The notes beneath the pieces are model-generated. The model ran no database searches. It saw only the letters and a program-made list of their open reading frames with translations, and had not been told where the DNA came from. From a virus (Duplodnaviria; Caudoviricetes): a stretch of DNA of 34,165 nt. The position numbers and the translations under genes are program-made. Of this stretch, positions 26,721 through 34,165 are shown one piece after another. Numbering within the stretch: the first letter of the stretch is position 1; every line of letters begins with the position of its first letter. The DNA is taken from IMG/VR virus record IMGVR_UViG_3300031811_000003, positions 1-34,165 of that record. The stretch is one strand, 5' to 3'.

Positions 26721-27218
26721 CTATCGTTTCTCAATTTCAACAACATATAGCCTGTCGACTAGTTCTTGGCTCATTATGTGAATTCTAACAGGAGTAGTTT
26801 CGCCACCATGAAGAAGCGAACATTCCAAAACCGTATCGACAGGGTCATGGCCCGCACTTGCTTCGTTTATTACTTTACTGAGTCTGTTTGAGTCTTCATT
26901 TGAAACAAAACTACATAGGTTCGACCCAAGCACATTCTCGTATTCACACGGTTCTTCTTTGCCAGAAAACAGGCAAGCCAACGGCGTGTTTATTTGCAGA
27001 AACCTCCCATCGCTATCAGTCACACCAGTCGCAACTTTATCTTCTAGCAGCACTTCAAAGAGTTCCTCAGCTAACTCGTTACCTCTTCCGAGTATTGCAC
27101 GTGTCCCTGTCGGTAGAGATACAGCAGCGGCAACAGTAATACAAAGTAGAAGAAACCTAAAAAGCCAGGTTGGAACCGGCTTGCTTATGAACAGATTGAC
27201 TCTTTCACCGATTCCCAT
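26721..27218 (-). CDS. Membrane-anchored PAS-domain protein
   Basis: TM segment FLLLCITVAAAVSL, then VTDSDGRFLQINTPLACLF..VLGSNLCSFVSNED (PAS signature D.dG.f..vN). Confidence 0.72.
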   Translation of the reverse strand: MGIGERVNLFISKPVPTWLFRFLLLCITVAAAVSLPTGTRAILGRGNELAEELFEVLLEDKVATGVTDSDGRFLQINTPLACLFSGKEEPCEYENVLGSNLCSFVSNEDSNRLSKVINEASAGHDPVDTVLECSLLHGGETTPVRIHIMSQELVDRLYVVEIEKR

Positions 27219-27582
27219 TTTTCCTAGTCCTTATGACCCTGACGACAAACTCGCTGCCAGCGCAACCGCCTATCACGCTTGATCCCCAGACTTTCGGAAC
27301 CGAAGACTCCATATGCACTGCTGCTGCAAAGGCTAGGAACGCTCCAACAGCGCACAAACCCCACTCCCCTAATGCTTGTGGCCAATCGAGCGTCCCACGG
27401 TCGGCCCTAACTAATTGCATGAAACCACCGCCAACCAATCCCAGAAGGACCGCAATTGAAGCGCTTCTCCACGACCACGGCAAAGCTAATTCGTTTGCTG
27501 AGTTCACCGCCAAAACCATTCCCAGTACATATATTGTTTTCCCCACATGCCATTTAATCACTTGCCGTACTCGTTCCACCAC
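27205..27582 (-). CDS. Holin-like multi-pass membrane protein
   Basis: 3-4 hydrophobic segments and a basic C-terminus (RVIRTRK). Confidence 0.55.
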   Translation of the reverse strand: MVERVRQVIKWHVGKTIYVLGMVLAVNSANELALPWSWRSASIAVLLGLVGGGFMQLVRADRGTLDWPQALGEWGLCAVGAFLAFAAAVHMESSVPKVWGSSVIGGCAGSEFVVRVIRTRKNGNR

Positions 27583-27848
27583 AAGATCACGAGCTGCACT
27601 ATGCGGAATGATATATTGATAATCATGAATATCAGCGCTAAATTAAATCCTGCGTTCCTTATGGATTCATTACGGGCTAAGAAAAATACCCTATCAGCTG
27701 GGGTTCCAGTCGACAGCAACTTGACCGAATGCCTGGCGACAATTCTACGGGCGACACGATACCGCTTCTTCGGTATTTCGCCCCTGGGATAGTTCAGGTC
27801 ATTAATTGCTACCCAATGTAGACAGCGATTTATCTTTGCCTCTTCCAT
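27558..27848 (-). CDS. Hypothetical membrane protein
   Basis: Hydrophobic C-terminal segment; operon packing. Confidence 0.55.
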   Translation of the reverse strand: MEEAKINRCLHWVAINDLNYPRGEIPKKRYRVARRIVARHSVKLLSTGTPADRVFFLARNESIRNAGFNLALIFMIINISFRIVQLVILWWNEYGK

Positions 27849-27864
27849 TGAATGGCCGTCGCTA

Positions 27865-28203
27865 TTAATCGCAAGCGCAATTTCTCAAGAAAAAAACCGA
27901 AGGGCGAACCGGCAAACCGATAGCAACCCTAGCAACTGGGTATGGTGGGAACACCGCATTCACGGAGAACCTTACGGCATTCGTGATTGGTTGCGATTGA
28001 ACGTATCCGAGAACCTGGCCAGGTCTCCTGTATATCCTTGGAAGTCTCGCCCTTGCGAATAAACGTGGACCGACTCCCACACAGCAAACTCTTTCAACTT
28101 TCGTCTGCTCTGTCTTGCATGCTTCACAATCCGCATTTTCTCCTGCGTATGTCGCTGAGCTGCTTAGGATTATTACGCAAGCTACAAACAATCTTTTAAC
28201 CAT
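27865..28203 (-). CDS. Secreted Cys-containing hypothetical protein
   Basis: Sec signal MVKRLFVACVIILSSSATYA. Confidence 0.6.
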   Translation of the reverse strand: MVKRLFVACVIILSSSATYAGENADCEACKTEQTKVERVCCVGVGPRLFARARLPRIYRRPGQVLGYVQSQPITNAVRFSVNAVFPPYPVARVAIGLPVRPSVFFLRNCACD

Positions 28204-28210
28204 AATTATC

Positions 28211-28978
28211 TCACTTTCTTCTGTTGCGGCTCTCGTTGAGCCAGGAAGTAATACCTTTGGGAGTCTTTGAATTCATGTCGTATATCTTGACGATTCCGCC
28301 GTGAGATACAGTTACGGCTGGTAGCTTGCGAATGTTTCTTGGTGCCCCACCGTTTGAAACATCTACCCAAACAGCGTGAAAGTATCCTTCGACAATCGAA
28401 ACCACTTCAGGACTTTTCAAAACGTCTCGCTTGAATGCTTGGCACGGTTTACACCATGAAGCGGTGTAGAAAGTAAGGACTGGCTTGACTGGCTTTGCTG
28501 GCGGTTCGATAAGCCACGATATTCTAGACGGAATTCGTTGTGCCGCCGCCTTGGTTGCGACAGTTTGCAAACGTCGCTCAATGTTTTCTAGCCGTTTCTC
28601 TAGAGATGTTAACTGCTTGTCACACCGCAGGCCAAAATCGTAAAGGGCTTGTGATATGTTTTGGATTCTACGCCGCTCGTCTACAGGATTCCCTGCACCC
28701 ACGCAAACCGGGCAAGGTATTATTATCGTTCCATCTCCTAGCTCGCCATCTCCACCGCAGTTTTCACAGTCGTCGCTTGGCGTGGGTTCTTCGTGGTCTT
28801 CCTCAAACGATGCGTAGCTTAGTGCAACCGCTGCGTGAGACCGGCCAATAACCACCGCGCCGCCTTCGTCGGTGAATCCTGGTGTTTCTGGGACGCAACC
28901 GCTAAGGATCACCAGAACTCCAATCCCAAGTATTAGCGACCTCAGACCAAGTAATCTTCTGTGGAGGAAAGCCTTCAA
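28211..28978 (-). CDS. Lipoprotein with a CxxCxGxG zinc-finger segment, coiled coil and C-terminal thioredoxin domain
   Basis: Lipobox LSGC after a hydrophobic stretch; CENCGGDG..CPVCVGAG; FYTASWCKPCQAF and LP (cis-Pro). Start uncertain (TTG 28978 or ATG 29002). Confidence 0.78.
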   Translation of the reverse strand: MKAFLHRRLLGLRSLILGIGVLVILSGCVPETPGFTDEGGAVVIGRSHAAVALSYASFEEDHEEPTPSDDCENCGGDGELGDGTIIIPCPVCVGAGNPVDERRRIQNISQALYDFGLRCDKQLTSLEKRLENIERRLQTVATKAAAQRIPSRISWLIEPPAKPVKPVLTFYTASWCKPCQAFKRDVLKSPEVVSIVEGYFHAVWVDVSNGGAPRNIRKLPAVTVSHGGIVKIYDMNSKTPKGITSWLNESRNRRK

Positions 28979-29957
28979 CTGACGAGAAAGCGAACGAATC
29001 ATTAGCCCGAAGTTGCCGCCCTGCATCCTCGCTGGTAGTCCACCAAGAACAGTCCGATACCGCCTCACACTCGGTGCCGGGATCTGGCCCGCTGCAACTT
29101 TTTCCCCATGACTGAAATTGTCGAAATTGCGGTTCATTCTTAACCCATCTGATTCCTGCGAATGCCATTTGATGCGCCCACTGTCCAGACGCGAGGCAAA
29201 CCCCATTTTTGTTTCTTTGCATTCGCCCAAAACCGACCATAGAGGCAACGCTTACTGGGTATCCGTTTTGCAACGCTGATGCTAATTCCTCGGTAGTTTT
29301 CACCGACGTGACTGTTTTGCATGGGTGTTCCTGCGCTATCTTGTCAAGTAAACCATCAGCACGCCCTGCGTCACTGACGCCACCGCAACCGAAGTTTCCC
29401 CATTCTTTGGCGCGGTTCTTGTCGTATGCTCTAAGGTCATGTTCGTCGACATCAGTCGCCGCTGAGTAATCTTTACGAAGCACGACCCCACCGGAATCTT
29501 GGAGCCATTTGGCTGCCGCGCTTCCCCACGAGCCGTCCTGATATCCACCAAGTTTGCCGCCATTCGCTTCAACTCTCGCGCCACCATAGATTGGCTCTGT
29601 CGCCGCTTCTTCCGTCCATTCACTCTGGCCGTTCTTCGCTTGGATCGCCAGCAGAATTGTCACGCACAATTCCGCCCCCCACGAAACACAGTCGCCTATA
29701 CCTTGTGAACCTCGCTTCCAATTAGGCTTTGCTTCTATCAGCGGTCGCCAGAGGTCTACATCTATTCGGTCAGTGTGCATTACTTCGCCAGCCTCGCCAA
29801 ATCTTGGCACAGACAGCGAAGAAACGAATCTTTCGGTATCCTCAACGTGCGGCAGGTAACCGCAAAACTCAGGTATTTTAGTCGGGTCGAATGTCAGCCC
29901 TTGTCTACCCTTTCTACTTTCAGTTCCAGTCCGCAGTGCGCACAAGCGGCCAAGCAT
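28902..29957 (-). CDS. Papain-like (C1-type) cysteine peptidase
   Basis: QGIGDCVSWG (oxyanion Gln and catalytic Cys), WAHQMAFAG (His), QSWG in place of NSWG. Start uncertain, possibly CTG 29897. Confidence 0.8.
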   Translation of the reverse strand: MLGRLCALRTGTESRKGRQGLTFDPTKIPEFCGYLPHVEDTERFVSSLSVPRFGEAGEVMHTDRIDVDLWRPLIEAKPNWKRGSQGIGDCVSWGAELCVTILLAIQAKNGQSEWTEEAATEPIYGGARVEANGGKLGGYQDGSWGSAAAKWLQDSGGVVLRKDYSAATDVDEHDLRAYDKNRAKEWGNFGCGGVSDAGRADGLLDKIAQEHPCKTVTSVKTTEELASALQNGYPVSVASMVGFGRMQRNKNGVCLASGQWAHQMAFAGIRWVKNEPQFRQFQSWGKSCSGPDPGTECEAVSDCSWWTTSEDAGRQLRANDSFAFSSVEGFPPQKITWSEVANTWDWSSGDP

Positions 29958-30234
29958 CGCAAGTAGTATATGATTTCAGATTTCAAATTCCCCCTGCCCA
30001 TCAGTAATATCACTCCACCGTTCTTGCCTGTAGATAGTCGGTAAAATATCGCTTGCCCTATTGCTTGCGGCCATTTCTTGCAGCACCACTCGACTTCCCA
30101 TGCAGTCTCGACTGTCTCGATGTCGACCCTGGAACCGTCAGGCAATCTCGACTCGGGTATTCCTCCAAGCTCGTTGGCAAGGTAACGACTCCAGGCGGTC
30201 TCACGGTCGTATTTTGTTGGCCTATCGACTTCAT
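29894..30234 (-). pseudogene. PD-(D/E)XK-like small nuclease-fold gene with an apparent 1-nt frameshift near the 5' end
   Basis: LGGIPESRLPDGSRVDIET..EVEW..W.QAIGQAIFY. ATG 30234 (ATGA coupled) joins this frame only if one A is added at 30212-30215; otherwise the first in-frame start is TTG 30145. Confidence 0.55.
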
Positions 30235-30689
30235 AGTTCCTGGAATGCCAATGCTATTTTCTTCATTTCCCCGGCAGCTCTAACCCTGTCCGAGTCTGAA
30301 AACTTGGCAGGTTTGTCAATCCACGAAAACGCAGTTTGGATTATCGGCGCTAGGTTGGCGTTGTATGGTTCGTTAGCCTTCAACATCGATCCGAGGTCAC
30401 GGACAAATTCGCTGAATTGCTTCCTTGTTTTTATCTTTTTGCCTGCGTCTGTCAGTATCTTTTCTGATGCTGCCGCGAAAGCGCCTCCAGCGTATTCGTC
30501 CGCTAACCCAGTCTGGTCGCCTGCTACTGCCTTGACTGCCATTTCGCGGTAATTGTTGCTCGGCGTCGGTGTCGGACTTTGGCCGTCTAAGTCTCGAATG
30601 GCAGAAATTATGTAAATCAATCCGCCGCCTATAGTTATCAGGATTGACAGTAAAAACAAAACTATAGTAGCCGAAAGCCACGCAGGCAT
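30231..30689 (-). CDS. N-terminally membrane-anchored hypothetical protein
   Basis: Long hydrophobic N-terminus, PTPTP linker, helical domain. Confidence 0.7.
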   Translation of the reverse strand: MPAWLSATIVLFLLSILITIGGGLIYIISAIRDLDGQSPTPTPSNNYREMAVKAVAGDQTGLADEYAGGAFAAASEKILTDAGKKIKTRKQFSEFVRDLGSMLKANEPYNANLAPIIQTAFSWIDKPAKFSDSDRVRAAGEMKKIALAFQEL

Positions 30690-30692
30690 GTT

Positions 30693-30875
30693 TTAACTTC
30701 CTTGTGCTGCAACATCATTCGCATACTTTGCGTTTGACCGCATTAGATTCATGGCTGATTTCATTTCCTCTTTCGTCTGGTAGCCTTGACCGCTGTCCGC
30801 TATCGTTTCGCCATTGCCTGCGATCAGACGCCATCGGTGCAGGTCTTGAGCGTCTTGGTAAGTTTCAAACACCAT
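30693..30875 (-). CDS. DUF1508/YegP-family protein
   Basis: FETYQD..RWRLIAGNGETIADSGQGY. Confidence 0.85.
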   Translation of the reverse strand: MVFETYQDAQDLHRWRLIAGNGETIADSGQGYQTKEEMKSAMNLMRSNAKYANDVAAQGS

Positions 30876-31089
30876 CGCCAGAAATCTCTTTTATGGCGCC
30901 GTCAACGTCTCGTTTGTCATCATCGCTCAGAATCGTTGGGGTTGACCCAACTAGAAATTCGCTGTCAAGCGCGTGCAGGATGATCTCTAGCGCTTCGCAA
31001 ATTATCTTGGCGGTCTCGTTGTCTTCTCGCCTTGATGCGATTTGGCGAATTACGCGAAGCAGAACTTTGATTACCTTGACAGCCGTCAT
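30865..31089 (-). CDS. Hypothetical protein
   Basis: SD AGGAG before ATG. Confidence 0.6.
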   Translation of the reverse strand: MTAVKVIKVLLRVIRQIASRREDNETAKIICEALEIILHALDSEFLVGSTPTILSDDDKRDVDGAIKEISGDGV

Positions 31090-31222
31090 TGGTGGCTCCT
31101 GATCGGCGTGAGCTTCCTGCTCAGTAGGCAGAATCCTTCAGCCCCGCCGATGTCGATGAATGCAAGAGGCCGGGCAATCGCTCGCTAGGAGAACTGCTCG
31201 GCCCGGTTTGCCCGTGGTACGA

Positions 31223-31411
31223 TTATTTAGCCAGCTCTGAGAATTTCGTAACCTCGACGATTAGGGTGATTTCGCCGCGAGTGATGGACAGCATGATGCC
31301 GGTTTTCCCGTACTTTTTTTGGCGATTTGCATCCATTGCCAAGCGTACCAGCGATCTGCAAGCCGAGTCAATGGCAGAATCCTGGTCGGTGGGATTTGGT
31401 TTTTCGTCCAT
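31223..31411 (-). CDS. Small hypothetical protein, first gene after the putative late promoter
   Basis: YGKTGIMLSITRGEI beta-hairpin pattern (DUF2292-like). Confidence 0.55.
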   Translation of the reverse strand: MDEKPNPTDQDSAIDSACRSLVRLAMDANRQKKYGKTGIMLSITRGEITLIVEVTKFSELAK

Positions 31412-31425
31412 GATTGGAGTCTCAG

Positions 31426-31487
31426 ATTTTAGGACAAGTTTTGTCAGCGGGCATAAAATACCCGCGTCCTGCCCGCACTCTGCCCGC
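31426..31487 (-). promoter_or_regulatory. Putative activator-dependent late promoter with phased heptamer repeats
   Basis: T(A/G)CCCGC at 31459, 31470 and 31481 (11-bp period), an inverted copy at 31447-31453, and -10 TAAAAT at 31431-31426. Confidence 0.55.
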
Positions 31488-31507
31488 GCTCGTTACGACA
31501 AAATCTG

Positions 31508-31882
31508 TCAAACGTTTGACTTCGCATACTGTGCCTTTAGCGGCGAGATAGTAACGTCGGCGTGCCCCCCAGCAACCCTAGCCAACCTCCTGACACGCAA
31601 GTCGTCGAACTGTTCATCGTCCCCTATGATTCCGGCGTGTTCGATTGCGTCAAGGATTGCCTTCAAGTGGTTATCAACGTCTCTCTTCCGACGGCAAGGT
31701 GGTGACAGCCCGATATAGATCGCCAGCCTGTCTAGGCTCTGCGCCATTCTGAGGCCCTTGATAATTGCTACCGAGTCTGCTCTGAACTGCTTGCCTCGCT
31801 CCGACAAGTAAATCCCATGCCTTGACCGTATCCAGTAGCTGTTAATAGTCGGCGGCCACGGAAGTCGAAAGCTAACGTTCAC
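31508..31882 (-). CDS. rusA: RusA-family Holliday junction resolvase
   Basis: LPWPPTINSYW and PPCRRKRDVDNHLKAILDAI..GIIGDDEQ. Confidence 0.93.
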   Translation of the reverse strand: MNVSFRLPWPPTINSYWIRSRHGIYLSERGKQFRADSVAIIKGLRMAQSLDRLAIYIGLSPPCRRKRDVDNHLKAILDAIEHAGIIGDDEQFDDLRVRRLARVAGGHADVTISPLKAQYAKSNV

Positions 31883-32087
31883 CGAGGGCCTCCCTGGCCG
31901 CCCAGCCGAAAGTGAACATATTAGAGGCCCCTAGCTTCTCCCTTATAGCTTTCCGTCTGCTATCAATTGTCTTCGTGCTGACGCTGAAGAAGCCTGCAAT
32001 CTGCTTGCAGTTGTAACCTCGCCAAAGTAGGTCGATCATTTCTATCTCGGCCTGGGTAAGGTCGTTGCTTGCGTTGTCAGTTTTCAA
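31872..32087 (-). CDS. Stand-alone LuxR/GerE-type HTH regulator
   Basis: LTQAEIEMIDLLWRGYNCKQIA..VSTKTIDSRRKAIREKLG; SD GGAGG before TTG 32087. Confidence 0.85.
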   Translation of the reverse strand: MKTDNASNDLTQAEIEMIDLLWRGYNCKQIAGFFSVSTKTIDSRRKAIREKLGASNMFTFGWAAREALGER

Positions 32088-32517
32088 TTTTGAGCCTCCT
32101 TGCATCGGGTTTGCTCGATAACAGTTTCGTGTCTCGGACGGCTTGCACGTATGATTCCAGAAACTCTGAGCGTCCTAGAGTATACCACTCAATCGTGTTC
32201 CTTTCGTATGGCAGCGAGTCGGCTAATCGCGCCGAGAGTTCATCTGCGCGGCCGAAGTTTTTTAAGTGTTCCCAAGCAGTTATAGCCGCTCGCCTGCTGC
32301 GTTGTTCTATGTCGGTGGCCAATCGGAGCAGCTCACCAGGCGCGGGCATGAACACCCTGTCGGAACGCATGACCTCATATGTCGCTTTCCGGATCGATGA
32401 GTCATCCATGTCGCGGAACACCTCACCGAATGCCATGAATGTCGCCTTGGTCGGCTTCGTCCTGTACGACTCGCACAGCATAGCAACGCAAGCCGTGATT
32501 GATTCCTTACTCGCCAT
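32077..32517 (-). CDS. Replication accessory protein (helicase loader/inhibitor-like)
   Basis: Follows the initiator; FMPAPGELLR..AW motif typical of lambda P/G39P-position proteins. Confidence 0.6.
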   Translation of the reverse strand: MASKESITACVAMLCESYRTKPTKATFMAFGEVFRDMDDSSIRKATYEVMRSDRVFMPAPGELLRLATDIEQRSRRAAITAWEHLKNFGRADELSARLADSLPYERNTIEWYTLGRSEFLESYVQAVRDTKLLSSKPDARRLKIEN

Positions 32518-33253
32518 TCGTTAGATACTCCTTGGCCGCAGCGAACGTGCCGAGTGGGTCTGCTATACCGTTGCTTTCGCTGGCGTCCCACGTGGCTGGG
32601 TCATCGTCATAGTGACCGTCACGCAACCACCTCAGAATCCCCCATGCATATTTCGACCGGCCCTTTGCAGAAGCCTGATACTCGCAAAGCCGAGCAAGTA
32701 GATATTCGTGCGGATCGCCAGCGATTGCATCGCCAACGGAATCGACAGCTTGCTCGTATCGTTTCCGGCACCCTGCTTTTCCCTGCTTTGAATCTACAGC
32801 GAGCCAGAACGCATCGAAACCTGATGCCGCCTCTTGTCTCTCTTGTCTCTTCTGTCTTCTGTCTTCAGTCTTCAGTCTTCTGTCTTCAGCAGACAAGCTA
32901 GCTTCTAGCTCTAGCTTTGCTCTAGCTTTGCTAAGTCCGCCTTTGCGTCCTGCTGCCGCCATCCTAGTCGACCTATCTCGCACTTGTTTTCTAATGTTTT
33001 CGAGCCGACTGTTGCGAAGTACTCCGTCGACAATTTCAAATTTACAAGAGATTTCATGCCAGTCTTCGGCGAATTGTTCGTCGGGAATCCCGATCATTCT
33101 GGCCAACTTTTCTGGCTCAAAAGGTAGCTCGGCTTGCGTCCACTCATAGCAAAGCAGAAGCAAAAAGGTAGCTTTGCTAGAGTGGGAAAGGCCAGCCGTG
33201 CCTACCAGCCAATCAGCTGGGTAAAATTGAAAGCTGGGTGGTGCTTTTGCCAT
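32507..33253 (-). CDS. Replication initiator with a DUF1376/YdaU-like N-terminus
   Basis: PSFQFYPADWL..G.L.N.RL..AGRKGG; C-terminal FDAFW..KQGK..WLRDGHYDD; SD GGAGG before ATG 33253. Confidence 0.82.
   Translation of the reverse strand: MAKAPPSFQFYPADWLVGTAGLSHSSKATFLLLLCYEWTQAELPFEPEKLARMIGIPDEQFAEDWHEISCKFEIVDGVLRNSRLENIRKQVRDRSTRMAAAGRKGGLSKARAKLELEASLSAEDRRLKTEDRRQKRQERQEAASGFDAFWLAVDSKQGKAGCRKRYEQAVDSVGDAIAGDPHEYLLARLCEYQASAKGRSKYAWGILRWLRDGHYDDDPATWDASESNGIADPLGTFAAAKEYLTNGE
32831..32932. repeat. Iteron-like short repeats inside the initiator gene (candidate origin)
   Basis: CTCTTGTCT x2 (32831-32848), WGTCTTC x5 (32853-32887), GCTCTAGCTTT x2 (32908-32929). Confidence 0.65.
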
Positions 33254-33287
33254 GTCCTTCCTCCTGTTTTGATACCCCGCCACGCGA

Positions 33288-33947
33288 CTAAACAACAGAA
33301 GGCACACCATCAAGAAGCTCGCGTAACTTTATCAGCCGTTCAACCAACCGCTCATCAGAGAGGTCTATCAGCTCAGACTCAATAAGCTCAATCAATTGAT
33401 TGACATAAAACACTTGGCGCATACCAGACAGGTTCTCATTGGCTTTTTGTTGTCGCTTCGTTAATTTCATGCCCGCCTTGTGCTGTATGGTTCTCTTGAG
33501 CGGTATAGTCAAATTGCCCATTTTTGCAGTGCGTCCTGACAGAAGCCTCGTTGCCTTTTCTATTGGTATACGCAACACACCAGCCACTGAATCGGCGGGT
33601 ATCCCCAGCCGCTCAGCCACAATGAGGCAGTGTGTCCTATCGCAGGTGTCTAGCTTTGCGCCGTGACTTGCGTTGAATTTTATTGCATCTAAGAACATAT
33701 CAGCCTCTGTCTGGTATACCTTTTCTATGACAGCGATTTCAGCGTCAGCACCAAATACCTTGATCGTTGCTTTGACGCGATGGACACCATCGACGACCCG
33801 CTTGCTTTTCTTGTCAGCAATGACAGGAGGCAGCTCGCCCCCTTCAGCAATAACATCAGACAATGCGCGGACGTTGTGCGAGTCAACATTGTTTCGAGGG
33901 TACAGATCAAAATCTAGAATCAACTCCGCTGCCTTCATCTTCCTCAT
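33288..33947 (-). CDS. ParB/Sulfiredoxin-like N-terminal domain protein
   Basis: LYPR, LPPVIAD..VVDGVHRVKA, NASHG..L, followed by an HTH-like segment; SD AAAGGA. Confidence 0.8.
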   Translation of the reverse strand: MRKMKAAELILDFDLYPRNNVDSHNVRALSDVIAEGGELPPVIADKKSKRVVDGVHRVKATIKVFGADAEIAVIEKVYQTEADMFLDAIKFNASHGAKLDTCDRTHCLIVAERLGIPADSVAGVLRIPIEKATRLLSGRTAKMGNLTIPLKRTIQHKAGMKLTKRQQKANENLSGMRQVFYVNQLIELIESELIDLSDERLVERLIKLRELLDGVPSVV

Positions 33948-33968
33948 GGTATATCCTTTCCAGTGTTT

Positions 33969-34165
33969 AAGTGTAAAACCTTGCCTTGCCTTGCCGAGCC
34001 CGGCCGCGCCGCGCCACGCCCCGCCTCGCCGTAGTTCGTTTTTGTCTCTTCATAAAACCTTGCCTTGCCTTGCCCTGCCTTGCCGGGCCCCGCCTCGCCC
34101 CGCCCCGCCGTAGTTCGTTTTTGTCTCTTCATAAAACCTTGCCTTGCCTGGCCCTGCCCGGCCAC
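33969..34165 (-). ncRNA. Distal part of the GGC-NN unit array (continues across the junction into 1-328)
   Basis: 10 NNGCC pentamers at 33981-34030, linker at 34031-34059, then copies of the units seen at 42-147. Confidence 0.75.
34019..34165. repeat. Terminal direct repeat, right copy
   Basis: Matches 1-147 with 2 mismatches. Confidence 0.9.

Noticed and set aside
29003-29248. N-terminal 80 aa of the 345-aa thioredoxin ORF
   Set aside because: It overlaps the catalytic region of the peptidase in another frame; the lipoprotein signal indicates a start near 28978-29002.
7151-30552. Numerous plus-strand ORFs of 60-160 aa
   Set aside because: They are antisense shadows of well-supported minus-strand genes with no recognisable motifs.
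31090-31222. Intergenic gap as a tRNA or known ncRNA
   Set aside because: Only short inverted repeats (ccgggc/gcccgg); I see no cloverleaf, T-loop or other recognisable motif.
33288-33947. Plasmid-prophage partition system
   Set aside because: No ParA ATPase or parS-like palindrome array was recognised.
1-34165. Diversity-generating retroelement or retron as the source of NN variation
   Set aside because: No reverse transcriptase motif or template/variable repeat pair was seen.

Overview
This window looks like a complete, circularly permuted genome of a tailed dsDNA phage. It has about 34,018 bp of unique sequence plus a 147-bp terminal overlap (1-147 vs 34019-34165, 2 mismatches). All credible genes but one are on the minus strand. 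The modules are: recombination and modification (ERF, YqaJ exonuclease, amino-methyltransferase, SF2 helicase); replication (DUF1376-type initiator with internal repeats, loader-like protein, LuxR-type HTH, RusA); an atypical envelope/lysis-position block (papain-like peptidase, thioredoxin lipoprotein, holin-like protein, TM-PAS protein); head-spike/beta-helix adhesion genes; HNH-TerS-TerL-portal-Clp protease-HK97 capsid; and a short siphophage tail with a -1 frameshifted chaperone. I found no integrase, canonical endolysin, tRNA or rRNA. The standout feature spans the window junction. A stand-alone ~203-aa RAMP/Cas7-like gene (334-945) is flanked by six non-coding units, each made of 8-12 GGC-NN pentamers (constant GGC, variable dinucleotide). 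Five of them form an array punctuated by conserved 29-bp AT-rich linkers and run into a ParB-like gene. This is not a canonical CRISPR array. It looks like a compact, phage-encoded RNA-guided system in which only the NN dinucleotides can carry target information. All family assignments come from motif recognition by eye; no searches were run.
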